A model generated the notes under the pieces. That model had not been told where the DNA came from. It did not search any database and saw only the letters and a program-made list of their open reading frames with translations. A stretch of 64,000 bases of DNA from Mobula hypostoma (lineage: Eukaryota): positions 83,020,001 to 83,084,000 of the forward strand of contig NC_086108.1 of NCBI RefSeq assembly GCF_963921235.1. Reading direction: 5' to 3'. Shown piece after piece: positions 24,191 through 36,044 of the stretch. Positions within the stretch are counted from its first letter, which is position 1. The number at the start of each line of letters is the position of its first letter. Position numbers and translations under genes: made by a program.

Positions 24191-24995
24191 TGTTACAAGG
24201 AGCGACTGAAGCAAACCCAAGTGCAGGACACAGGCACAGAGATAGGGTAGAGAAGTACTTGCACAGTCGCAAATGTGGAACAGAAAACCAAGAGGAATCT
24301 TGATATAGAACTCTGATATAGAGTCTTGACACAGAGACGGGGTTTTCATGGAATAACTTGAAACTAGAGCTGAACTTAGACCTAACGGTTCTAACGGTTC
24401 TCTCTGGACTCTCTGACGGTGGTGTCTGAAAAGAGGATGCTGTCCAAGTTGCATGCCATCTTGATCAATGTCTCCCATCCACTACATAATGTACTGGGTG
24501 GGCACAGGAGTACATTCAGCCAGAGACTCATTCCTCCGAGATGCAGCACAGAGCATCATAGGAAGTCATTCCTGCCTGTGGCCATCAAACTTTACAACTC
24601 CTCCCTTGGAGAGTTGAACACCCTGAGCCGATAGGCTGGTCCTGGATTTATTTCATATTTTACTGGCATAATTTACATATTACTATTTAACTATTTATGG
24701 TTCTATTACTATTTATTATTTATGGGCAACTGTAATGAAAACCAATTTCCCCCAGGATCAATAAAGTATGACTATGACTATAAGCGGTCAGGAAGCGACG
24801 TTATCATGCAGGAATAGACTAACGAACTGGCGACCCGTGGTTGTGATGCCGGAGTTCTTATCCTGCAGTCTCTGATGGAAACCAGGTGTGTTGTAATTAA
24901 GTGAACTAGCAGCAATTGGGAATCTAACAACTGGAATTAAGGCATAATCAGGGAGATAGGGGCGAGATGGGGGACAGCCAGATGGGACCATGACA
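24191..24995 (-). mobile_element. Solo LTR inserted in the BovB tail (contains a nested Rex-like fragment)
   Basis: TGT...ACA termini; flanks ccaca/ccatg fit a CCACG 5-bp TSD after CpG decay; minus-strand start tgtcatggtcc matches the LTR at 32952. Confidence 0.75.
24400..24781 (+). mobile_element. Rex/Babar-like 3' fragment nested in solo LTR
   Basis: ORF VSEKRMLSKLHAILINVSHPLH...RKSFLPVAIKLYN; tail aataaagtatgactatgacta. Confidence 0.75.
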
Positions 24996-25254
24996 CCATG
25001 AGGTCATGAAGAGCCAGATTCGACTTAACGACTGAACAACAACAAACTGGATGATACCCCAGCAATGTTCAAGGATGGCACTGGAAAGCTCAAACATATC
25101 AAGGGTAAAATAAAGTTAAATGAAATTGACACACACAAGTTTTGCAAAGCTTGTCCGGTTCGTTATATCTTCTGTGATAAAGTAGCTAGTGAGCTAGATC
25201 ACATGGACCCAGAACGCATTCTTTCCAAGGGTGAGGAGAACCAAGGGACAACAT

Positions 25255-25785
25255 TAGAAAGGATATACTGACATTGGAGAGGATTCAGAGAAGATTCATG
25301 AGAATGATTCCAGGAATAAAGAGGTTACCTTATGAGGAAAGTCTGGCAGCTCTTGGGTTGTATTCCCTGGAGTTCAGGAGAATGAGGACGGATCTCATAG
25401 AAACATTCCAAATGTTGGAAGACCTGAACAGATTAGATATGGCAAAGTTATTTCCCATGGTAGGGGAGTCCAGGACAAGAGGGCATGACTTTAGGATTGA
25501 AGGACATTCATTTAGAACTCAGATGCCAAGAAATTACTTAAGTCAGAGGGTGGTAAATCTGTGGAATTTGTTGCCATGAGCGGCTGTGAAGGCCGTCATT
25601 GGGTGTATTTAAGGCAGAGATAGATAGGTTCTTGATTAGCCAGGGCATCAAAGGGTATGGGGTGAAAGCAGGGGAGTGGGGATGACTGGATGAATTGGAT
25701 CAGCCCATAATTGAATGGCGGAGCAGACACGATGGGCCGAATGGCCTACTTCTGCTCCTATATCTTACAGTCTTAGGGTCTTAAG
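25255..25785 (+). mobile_element. CR1 3' fragment
   Basis: ERIQRRFMRMIPG...LGLYSLEFRRMRTDLIE...SQRVVNLWNLLP; tail atcttacagtcttagggtctt. Confidence 0.85.
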
Positions 25786-27597
25786 GTGTGAATATTGGGT
25801 CAAAATACAAAACAAAGGTCGCAAACCTTGTCATTTGCTAGGGAGCAGATAGAGTCAGTGGGTCTTCTCAATCATTGCCCAAGACAATGAATGTAGTCTG
25901 CCCAATGTCCAGTTAGAAGAAGTTTCTGCTTAACTAATTTTGGATACTGAATGAATAGGCTGACAATTTAGAAATTATGCAGGAAGGCAGAGACATGACA
26001 AGGAAGGCAATTGTGACCATCTGACACGAATGAAGTATGCTCATAAGGGACAACCTAGAGCTAGATACTTCACAAATAGTTACAAGAGCACTACATTCAA
26101 TCTGTTTGGATTGTTACTGAAATTTGTTTCTGCTGAGAAAGATACAGTATTCTTAGATACTGAACAATATATTCCAAAATCAACAATACATCTTTATTGC
26201 TTATCCACATCTATGCAACATGAGGTTCCATACATACAAGAGAAAAAGAGATAATACTAATAGACCACATCACTTAATCGTACACCAGGTGTAATCACGC
26301 ACGTTTTCATAATTCCAGAGATATTATTTTTGAATCTTCTCTGAGTATAAATAATCATGGCACATTAAATGCTTTGACTCTGTAGTTAAACCAGAAAGAT
26401 TTCAATGAAATCCTCTTAGGTATTAATCAATCTTCTGATGAATCACTAGCACATGAAAGACAAACTTGAATAAATTTGCTTCAAATTTTTCTCATAAAAT
26501 GCTCTTGAAGTGTAATATCAAAGGGAAGATGTTGAAGTCAAACAGAGTGATGACTACAGCCTATGTTATCACCATGACAAGTTGTTGAATAGTTCTTCTA
26601 GAGGAGTTATTAAAAGCTACGAGGCTATCACACAAAACCATTAATGCCTCAACCTTTCTTCAGAGTTAATGGATAATGTTGAGATATGATTAAATCCCCT
26701 CAGTTTTACAAAACACTGAGACAGTGAAGGTAATTTTAAGCTTTATCACTGGGTGATAAACGAGTAGGAGTGAATGGGCAGTGTATTTAACCCCACTTAC
26801 ATTTTCCCTAGAAGTCCAATGGCTTGTCAATTCACTGTCACCTGTTTTCTGATCAATGATAACATTTCAAATTGCCTCAGTGAATCTGAAGCACCATAGA
26901 TTACTGATTTTCCTGTCATGCTGTATAATATTTCTTATCATTCTTTTGAAAAAGTTTTCAACAGATTCTGGATAATTTTCATATCGTGAAGTCCAAGCCG
27001 ATCAGGCATTAATTATATAGTCCGCTTCAACTAGTTGATAGTAAAACCAATCGAGAATTTTAAAAGCCAGGAGAATGGACAAGTGCCAACTTTTCTAATG
27101 GCAGGTAGTGGGATGTTGGAATGAATGGAGAATGACTTTGGTTGGAGGAAAAGGTTCAAATATGAAATGAGCGGGAAAGGGATAAGTATTTTAATGGGCT
27201 GTGAGATGAATCAAAGTAGTGAGTGGTGGGAAAAATTGAGAGCCAGTTTGAGCCTGAAGAACTTTGGAGGTGAGAGTGACTCTGCAAAATGCTGTAGTTT
27301 TGGATGGATGGGTTACATTTTGGAAGGGGCCACTGAGGTAACTTTTGGACAAACAATGAACCTTTTCATTTGCATCACCTTATTGTACAATGGAAGATTT
27401 CCTCACCCCCCCCCCCCGCAAATGATGTTCACCATATGTGGGGAGGAGTTATGAGGGTAGTCTGATCATAAATAGGTGTTACTAAGGAGAAATCTTGCCT
27501 GACAAATCTGTTGGCAAGATTTAACAGGCAAGATAGACAAAGGAGAATCCATGAATGTTGCTTCCTTGGATTTTCAGACCTTTGAAAAGGTTCTGCG

Positions 27598-30500
27598 GTT
27601 CTGGTGACGTCATCGTTCAGAATGGCAGCTTAAATCAACAGCTCCTCCAGAAAAATGCATATTTTGCCCCGTTAATCCATCAAGTATAAGATCTTTCGAA
27701 AATATCTGAATTGATAAGGGGGGCAAGAATGGGGAGAAAGAATGGAGATTAGAAAGCACCACTGCGGAGCCTATGGAAGAGAGAGGTGCAGTGCACGGCT
27801 CTCCTACACGTGCGAGTGGCGGCAAAGCTGACGCAGGGCCTAGTGCAGGAGAAGCAGCAAATATGATGAGGATTCTGGAGGAGATCAGGGAATTCCAAAA
27901 GATATAAAGCAGCACTCGATATAAAGTCAGAGCTTGCCAACGTCAATCAGAAAATAGCGGTGGCAGGGACTCGAATTGAGAAGGTGGAAGATCATGTGCA
28001 AAACGTGGAACAGATACTAAGTAAAAATATTAAAAAATATTAACTCAACAGGAAAGTAAATTGCTTGACCAGGAGGGAAGATCGCGACAGAAAAATATCA
28101 GGATTTATAATTTTCCCGAAGGAGCGGAGGGATTTTCGATGATAGACTTTGTAGACTAGCTGCTGCGGGAGGCGCCGGAGATTCCCCAGACTATGGAGAT
28201 TGAAATTGAGAGGGCACATCGTTCGCTTGTCCAGGGGCCCTCCGGAGACAGGGAAAGTAGACCGTGTTCAATAGTACTTAAATTCCTTCGATTCAAGAGC
28301 AAGGCGGAGATTCTACGAAGGGCCTGGGGTAAGAAGAGGGTATTTTGGAACGGGAAGTTAATATACTTCGATCATGATTACCCCCCGGTGGTCCTACAAA
28401 AACGGAAGGAATTTTCCGAAGCGGAACGAATATTAAAGCAAGAAAAGATTAAATTCCGAACCCTGTACCCTGCTAAACTGAGGGTATTTTACCACGAAGT
28501 GATACAACTGTACCAGACAGTGGAGGAGGCGACTACAGACGTGAACAACAGAGGACTGTCCATTAGTGTGGTCAAGGGAAAGTCTGGCTGAGCAGTTATC
28601 CCGAGCTGCTTGGGAAATAGTAAGAGAACTGAGAAAGCAGGGGACGGGAGCAGGACAAGGGAATGATATTAGGAAGATACTGTCAGTTCTCCGAGAGCAG
28701 CCCTCACCTCCTCTAGAAGAGCTATAAGGTTTGGCTAACTTTAAAAGTGCTGATAAACTAAACGGAAGCAAAAATAGATGGTGATATACCTATCTCAAGA
28801 AATAAGTGTTATAATGTGGATTTTATATTACACAATTTTTTGAAATTCATTTATTCATTCCTTTTTCCCCACCTAAATGAGAATATATGCATGGGAGGAA
28901 TACACAGGGAAATCATTTCTGTGTAATGGACAGAGTTTTTTTTTACTTACTTTTATAGGTACTGCAACGGGGACCCTCAACTCACAGATAGGAGGGGCTA
29001 ACCCCCACGGCTAGACTTTTCTTCTAGCCCAGCCCAGGGTCACTAGAAACCCCAGCCTTGGAATCACACCTTCGTTACCTTTTTTTTAATTATTCGCGTT
29101 TCTTGTCTCTTATTTGTTCAGGGAGTAGATCGATGAAGTTATTTTCTGCAAATTTCAATGATATATTAACAGATAAATACACATGGCTAAGGACAAAGTA
29201 AAATTCATTTCTTTTAATGTCAATTGTTGATTTTGACCTACAACCAAAGAATACTACTTGGAAACTAAATTCAAGTCTACTCAATGATCCCTATTTTAAG
29301 GAACAAATTAAAAAAGAAATTAGTCTTTACTTAGAATTCAATGATAATGGAGAGGTTTCACCTCCCATTCTATAGGATACTCTGAAGGCTGTCTTAAGAG
29401 GGAAAATTATAGTGATATCTTAATATAAGAAAAAAAATCAGAGGAATTACAAAATAAATACAAAATTCCTCTAAACAACATTAGAGGAATTACAAAATAA
29501 GCTGAAGGAACTGGAAAAAAAAACAAGTTGAGTTTGGCACAGGGTACACTAGAGGAAATTTTAAAAATTAAGAATGAAATTAATAGTTTGGCTACACAAG
29601 AAATTAGAAAAAATTTAATGTTTCTGAAACAGAGACACTATGAAAGTGGACCTAAATCTATGAAAATACTGGCATGAAAACTGAAAAAAAAGATAGCAGA
29701 AAATACAATTCATAGAATAAGGGATCCAAGAACAAAAGTGATAAAAATAAGCTAAGTGAAATTCAAGAAGCTTTTGAAATATTTTGCAAAACTCGATATT
29801 CCAAAGTTCTAGGGGGAAGCATAACCCAAATTGACACCTTCCTGGATTCTTTAGTTACCCACTTTATTTATCCAATAGTTTTACCCTAGAAAGGGGCATG
29901 AGATAGGGTTATGCATGGTCACCGCTACTCTTCACATTATATCTGGAACCGTTAGCTCAATACATCAGACAAAATGAAGATATCAGGGGAATTACTATTA
30001 AGGCACAGAGCATAAATTGGCCGGTTACACGGATGACATTTTGATCTATCTAGGGCAACCAACATACTGTTTACCTAAATTGATGCAATCCTTTGAACAA
30101 TATGGCTAATTTTCAGGATACAAGATCAACATAGATAAAACCCAACTACTTTCACATAACTATAGCCCACCAAGAGAACTTGAAAGTAGATATCCTTGGG
30201 CATGGCAAACAGAGTCCGTCAAGTATTTGGGCATCATTATGCCAAAAGATTTGGCAAAATGATCAGAATATAATTATCAGCCTATATATAAAAAGATTAA
30301 GGAAGATATAACAAGATGGAACCTAATTCCTTTTGTTTGTCTTAATTCAAGGATTGAATCTATTAAAATTAATATATTGCCCAGACTGCTATATCTCTTT
30401 CAGACCGTAACAATAGAGATCAACCAAAATCAATTCAATGAATGGAACAAGATGCTATCAAGATATATATGGCAAGGTAAAAGGCCTAGGGTTTGTCTCA

Positions 30501-31942
30501 AAACTTTGAAATTAGCCAAGGAAAAGGGGGGATGGGGCCTACCTTCGCTTAGAGATTATTATTTTTCAGCACAATTGAGAGCCGTGATATGCTGGTGCAA
30601 CCCATCATATGACACTCAATGGTAAAACATTGAGGAGAGGATACTTTCCATCCCCATACAGGCAATTTTGGCTGATAACAACCTACAAAGTTACATAAAT
30701 AATATTGACAACCCATGGGTAAAATGGGCTCTTAAAATAGGGAAAACTAGTATAAAAGAATATAAACTAGAGAGAGACATTGCAATTCTTAAATGGTGTG
30801 CATATGACTCAGATTTTACACTGAATAAACTGGACGCTAGATTTAAGGACTGGACAGCTAAAGGAATAACAGCTATTTGCAATATAATGAAAGAAGGAAC
30901 ACTGTTCAGTTTTGAAATGCTCAAAGAGAAACACTTATTAGAAAAACAAGACTTTTACCGGTATTTACAGATGCGACAGTATGTTAATAGGACGGTTAAA
31001 AATGTAACCAAGGCAAGTACATGCCTGATAGAACTATTTAGAAAAGCATATAATTCAGACAACGGTAGTAGAATAATTTCAAGCGTTTATAAGGGTTTGT
31101 CAAATCTTAGAACACATTCGACTTCATACATTAAAACAAAATGGAGAAGGAAGGAGGCATAATAATATCTGAGGAAGACTGGACAATAATATGGAGGTAT
31201 CAATGGAAGTGTACCAGTTCACAGAAATGGAGGGAGTTCGGGTAGAAAAACTTGATATTTTATTACACCCTCTCAGAAATCCCATTATAATAGTAACTCC
31301 CCTGTTTGCTGGAGAAATTGTGGAAATCAAAATGCAAATCACTATCATATTTTCTGGGAATTCCCCGTTATCAAAGACTATTGGAGTGGGATATATAATG
31401 CCCTACAAGACATCTTTAAATGTGAAATACCCTTAGCGAGTAAGACCATATATTTTGGGTATATACCTCAAGAATAGTTGAAAGGAGATAAATATTTAAT
31501 GAATGTACTGCTGGTGGCTGGTTAAAAGACCCTTACCAGGAAATGGTTATCTCAGGAGAGCCCAACTTTAAATGTATGGATGGAAATTACAATGGACATT
31601 TACAACATGGAGAAGATAACAGCATCTGTTAATCACAAGTTGGAACAATCTGATTCATACTGGAAAAAATGGTTTAACCACATAACACCTCATAGGCCTG
31701 ATTTTATTCTCACAAGTCAATGAATATGTTGTAAAAAAAGATCACTCCCTACTCTGTACATAGTTTTCTTCTTTCAATTGTTCTTTCTATCCTCTCCTTT
31801 CTATAAGTGTGTACCTCAGATAAATACTATGTGGAGATTTGTGACAAATAAGATTATATGATATATATGTACGGTATCTGAAATACATCTTATGGAAATG
31901 TTCATTTGATGACGAAATCCAATAAAAAATAAATTACAAAAA
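27598..31942 (+). mobile_element. L1-clade LINE with both termini, decayed ORF1 and internally deleted ORF2
   Basis: L1 ORF1 (EIERAHRS..SIVLKFLRFKSKAEIL..IYFDHDYPPVVLQKRKEF..LYPAKLRV). ORF2 ATG at 29183, [21 protein letters not shown] and CWRNCG..HIFWE. AATAAA at 31921. TSD tgaWaaggttctgcg at 27583-27597 and 31943-31957. Confidence 0.9.
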
Positions 31943-32951
31943 TGATAAGGTTCTGCGCCTGAGGCTGCTAAACAAGGTAAGAACCCATGATATTGCAGGA
32001 ATGATGCTAGCATGGATAGAAGATTGGCTGAGAGGCAAAGAGTGGAAGTAAAGGGGGCCTTTTCTGGTTGGCTGCTGGCAACTAGTGGTGTTCCACAGGG
32101 ATTGGTGTTTGGACTGCTTCTTTTCATGTTATAGTCAATGATTTGGATGACTGATTGATGGCTTGGGGCTGATGTTTGCAGGTAGTGTTGAGGAAGCAGG
32201 GAGTCTGTAGAAGGACTTAGGCAGATTAGGGGAATGGGTAAAGAAGTGACATTTGGAATACAGTGTTGGAAAGTGTATGGTCATATACTTTGGTAGAAGA
32301 AATAAAGGTGTAGACTATTTTCTAAATGGGGAGAAAATTCAGAAATCAGAGGTGCAAAGGGACTTGGGAGCCCTTGTGCAGGATTCCCTAAAGGTTAACT
32401 TGCAAGTTAAGTTAGAGGCAGGAAGACGAATGCAATGTTATCATTCATTTCAAGAGGACTAGAATATAAAAGCAAAGATGTAATGCTGAGGCTTTATAAA
32501 GCATTGGCCAGACTATACCTGGAGTGTTGTGAGCACTTTTGCATCCTTTATCTGAGAAATGATGTGCTGGCATTGGAGATGGTCCAGAGTAGGTTCACAA
32601 GAGTGATCCTGGGAACTAAAGAGGAGTGCTGATGACTCTGAACCTGTGCTCACTGAAGTTCAGAAGAATGAGGAGATATCTCATTGAAACCTCTCAAACA
32701 TTGAAAGGCCTAGACAGAGTGAACACAGAAAGGATGTTTCCTATAGTGGGGGAGTCTAGGAACAGAAGACACAGCCTCGGCATAGAAGGACAGAGATAGA
32801 GAGAAATTTAATTAGCTAGAGGATGGTAAATCTGTAGAATTCATTGTCACAGATGGCCTTACAGGCTGTCTTTGGGTATATTTAAAGCAAAGGTTGATAG
32901 GTTCATTAAGGACTTCAAAGGCTTCGGGGAGAAGGCAGGAGAATAAAGTTG

Positions 32952-35900
32952 TGTCATGGTCCGTCCGTGAAGTCGGCATCCTGGTTCATGGTCTGGTCCG
33001 TCGATCCTTATTCCAGGTTTTCTGGTTTTCCCTTGTCGTGTGTGTGCCTTAATTGAGGCACACGATTCTCATCTTGGGCTGGCTACATAAACAGCCCCTG
33101 GGCTCAGCTTCAGTTGCTGTCAGAGTGGCGGGAAGCAGATTGTGAACAGTGGTGACGGAGTCTTGCGAAGACAGAAAGCTGGAGTTGATTGTGGAGCTCA
33201 CTGGAAAACGGCAGAGAGAACATCAAGGAAAGAGCCAAGCTGTTGAAGGAAGTTTTTGGCGAGAGTGCAAGTGAACTAGAGATGGAGATTGGCGGGAAAG
33301 AGGAACAGAATGGAAAGAGGAAGAAAAGAAAACAGAGGTACGGGATATCAAACTCTGAGGAGTCAGCGGAGGACCAAAACAGGACAGCAAAACAATGGAA
33401 AGAAGATGAGATTCAAGCAATTATAAAACTAAGCGAGGACGGGGTGTCTTTTGGTGATTGGAACCCAATTCGTCTGACGAAGATGCTCAACAAAGTTATA
33501 GGCGAGATTAAAAGAGCAAAGATTTTATGAAATGGATCGCTATTAGTGATTTATCAGGATAGTGCTCAGCAAGGCAAAGTGATAAGATTAAGTAAATAGA
33601 CGGCAAAGAAGTACAATGCTCAAAACCCAACGATAGAAAGTGGACTAGAGGAGTTATTTCGGGGATACCAACAAAAGTTACTATGGATGAGATTAAACAG
33701 AACATAAAAGGAGCAAAAATTATTGAGGCCAAATGTTTGAAAGTTACAAGAAATGGGAAAAAGTGTGATAGTTTATCGGTAATGATTAACTTTGATGAAG
33801 AGAGATTGCCAACTAACGTTTACTTAGGGTATATGTGTTATGCGGTTAGAATATATATACCACCGCCTTTAAGATGCTATAAATGTCAGAAATTCGGGCA
33901 CATTGCGGCGGTCTGCAGAGGAAAACAAAGATGTGGGCGATGCGCTGGAGAACATGAATATGGGAAATGTGAAGCGGGAGCTAGGCTGAAATGCTGCAAT
34001 TGTGGCGAGGAACACAGCGCAGCTTACCGAGGGTGCATTTATAGCAAGAAGTCGGCTGAGATACAATATGTAAAAGTAACTAAAGGAATCAGTTATGCAG
34101 AGGCAGTGAAAGAATTTGATGAAAAAAAGGCTGTCAAGCAGACAAATAGAGGGAATAATAAACTGGTGAATTGTGAGAGCTGTAATATGAAAAATAAGGA
34201 TACACTATTAATGAGTAGAAAGGATTTCGTACTTTTTATGGTAAACGCAATTAATTGTTCAGCGCAAACAAGCAAAAGAACTGAGAAAATTAAAATTATA
34301 GTCAAGTCTGCAGAAAAATATCTTGGTATTCAAGGGATTAGGTGGGAAGAAGTCAAAGAAACGCTGAATGGAGGATCCAACAGTTCACAGGCAGGGGAGA
34401 TGGAATCTTAATGGCAGTGTATTTATTGCAAATGGTCAAGAGTTTAATAAATATGTATCAGAACTTAAGGAAAATCCTCAGATTTTATGGTTGAAACCCA
34501 GGGTAAATGTGCAGAACTCCAACAACAAATAGAAGTACCCGACAAGAACAACGGTGAGTTGGAAAAGAGATTGGAAAATGGAGGAAATTATTACTGTACA
34601 AGGATACAAAAGGAAAAGGAATTTGTTGCAAAGTGAGTCATCTACATTCAGATTATAAAATGAAAACATGGAAACAAATGAAGACGAGCTCCGAGATTTC
34701 AGTAAACAACTGCAGGCTACGATCCAAGAAAGGAAAACCTGAAAAAGCAAATAGGCTTGGGAAAACAGCAATTTTAAAAGTATAACGTGTGATAATTACT
34801 ATTCTTTAACAAGAAGATTTTAGTCATACAAGTGATGTAGATGAAATCAATGTAATTGAGGTAATGCAACTACACAAAAACGTGACAAAATTAGGGAAGA
34901 ATAGCAGTTTGCGGCATTTCTAATGAGCGCATTAAGCATTCACAAGGAATTGCAACTACAGAGTGATGCTAATAGAGAACTGCAGACTGAACTAGATTGT
35001 CTAAAGTAGAGAACTCCAGGACATGTTTGGTTGGAACACCACAAGTCTAGCAGGTGGCGGTAATGCACTGAAAACTGGTTGCTAACCACCATACAACAAA
35101 AAAGAAGGAGAAGAAGAAGCTTCAGTTGCTGGACTGTTCCTTTCACTTTCTGCCTGAAGCCTTGCCTGCAACCACGCCTGCGTCCTCACCTGAATCGCTG
35201 TCAAGTTCTATCGCTGGAGCAAGACCGGAGCCTTGCTGTGCCTAGATAAGGAACTGTCTTTCATTGTTTGGAACTGTCTCTGTGTCCACGTCTTCGCTAG
35301 GTAAGTCCGGCTGTTTGCCGTTACCTTGTGTTGGGAACCGTCTCTGTATCCATGCCTTCGCTAGGTAGGTCCAGCTGTTTGCTGCTACCTAGTGTTGGGA
35401 ACTGTCTCATCATGTTCAGCATTCTGTGTATGAGTCCCTGCCCTATGTCCTGTTCCCAAGGAGGGGTCCCGGCTCTGTGTTCCACGTTCCTGTCTCCTTC
35501 GACCAAGGCTCTGCATTCAGTCTCCCTTGACCAAGTCAGGGCTTCGTGTTCTCATCCTGTCCATGTGCCTTGCCCAGCCCAGGAGTACCTCGCCCAGCCC
35601 GGTGCTGGGGTTCCCTTGTCCTGTGCTGGGGTTCCCTCATCCTGTCCATGTGCCTTATCCTGTGCAGGAGTTCCACGTCCTGTTCTGTAGCCATGTTCTG
35701 TCCCTGCCAAGATCTTAGTCCCGAGTCCTAGCCCAGACCCGGGTTCCATTTCCAAGTCAAGACCCAGGTTCCGAGTCCCAACCAAGACCCATGTTCTGGG
35801 TCCTTGTCCAGGCTCTGGTTCTGGAGTTCCGTGTCACTAGTCCAGGCTCCTTGTTCCTGGTTCCTTGTCCAGGTTCCGTGTTTCTTGTCCAGTCCTAGTC

Positions 35901-36044
35901 CAGGCCCTGTATCCTAGCCTCGTCCAGGGCCCGTGTCTTGTCCAGCGTCGTTTCTTTCCCACTTCCTTTGCTTGCTTGACTCACCTAGTCCTGTCCCTAG
36001 TACTTCAGTGTCTGTGTCTTGCATTTGGGTCCACCTCTATGACA
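32952..36044 (+). mobile_element. Solo LTR (~1.1 kb without the insert) containing a Nimb insertion and internal tandem repeats
   Basis: Termini tgtcatgg...ctatgaca; 5-bp flanks agttg/ggttg; ~64-bp tandem unit at about 35270-35408 and many ccttgtcc repeats. Confidence 0.75.
33120..35117 (+). mobile_element. Nimb/I-clade LINE derivative: gag-like ORF1 retained, ORF2 essentially absent
   Basis: ORF 33683-34411 has YIPPPLRCYKCQKFGHIAAVC..CGRCAGEH..C..CCNCGEEHSAAYRGC (three CCHC knuckles). 3' end ggtggcggtaatgcac...aaaaaagaaggagaagaag. TSD agcttcagttgctg at 33106-33119 and 35118-35131. Confidence 0.8.

Larger units (their letters stand above)
19686..25044 (+). mobile_element. BovB-like RTE LINE, near full-length, with 5' part inverted (19686-21124 minus; 21125-25044 plus)
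   Basis: Endonuclease on minus: YTIGAWNIRSM, LQGKPFNITVIQVY, GNFGLG.WNEAGHQLVEFCQ.NSLVIANT, SQIDYI. RT on plus: DAVKVLHAICQQIWKTQQ..DWKRSVHIPIPKKG..LISHASKVMLKILQARLQQ and KGVRQGCILSPYLFNLYAE. Tail cgacttaacgactgaacaacaac. TSD aactggatgat at 19675-19685 and 25045-25055. Confidence 0.9.
15156..25252 (+). mobile_element. Gypsy/Ty3 LTR retrotransposon (5' LTR, gag, protease, start of pol) broken by nested insertions
   Basis: LTR tgttgtgtattt...aaaacataac at 15156-15393. Gag MAGYIGKIDMFNCTRDNW starts at 15665 and resumes at 18551 (FEANKI..VLLSVIGGRAFELLRSLAAP). Zinc knuckles CYCCGRGSH..C and CRKCNKLGHIERAC, protease-like LETGSAVSVI at about 19376, and pre-RT FKDGTGKLKHIKGKI at 25065. Confidence 0.85.

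Noticed and set aside
33683..34411. 242-aa zinc-knuckle ORF as a host gene
   Set aside because: It lies inside a TSD-bounded LINE derivative and its upstream part has stops or frameshifts.
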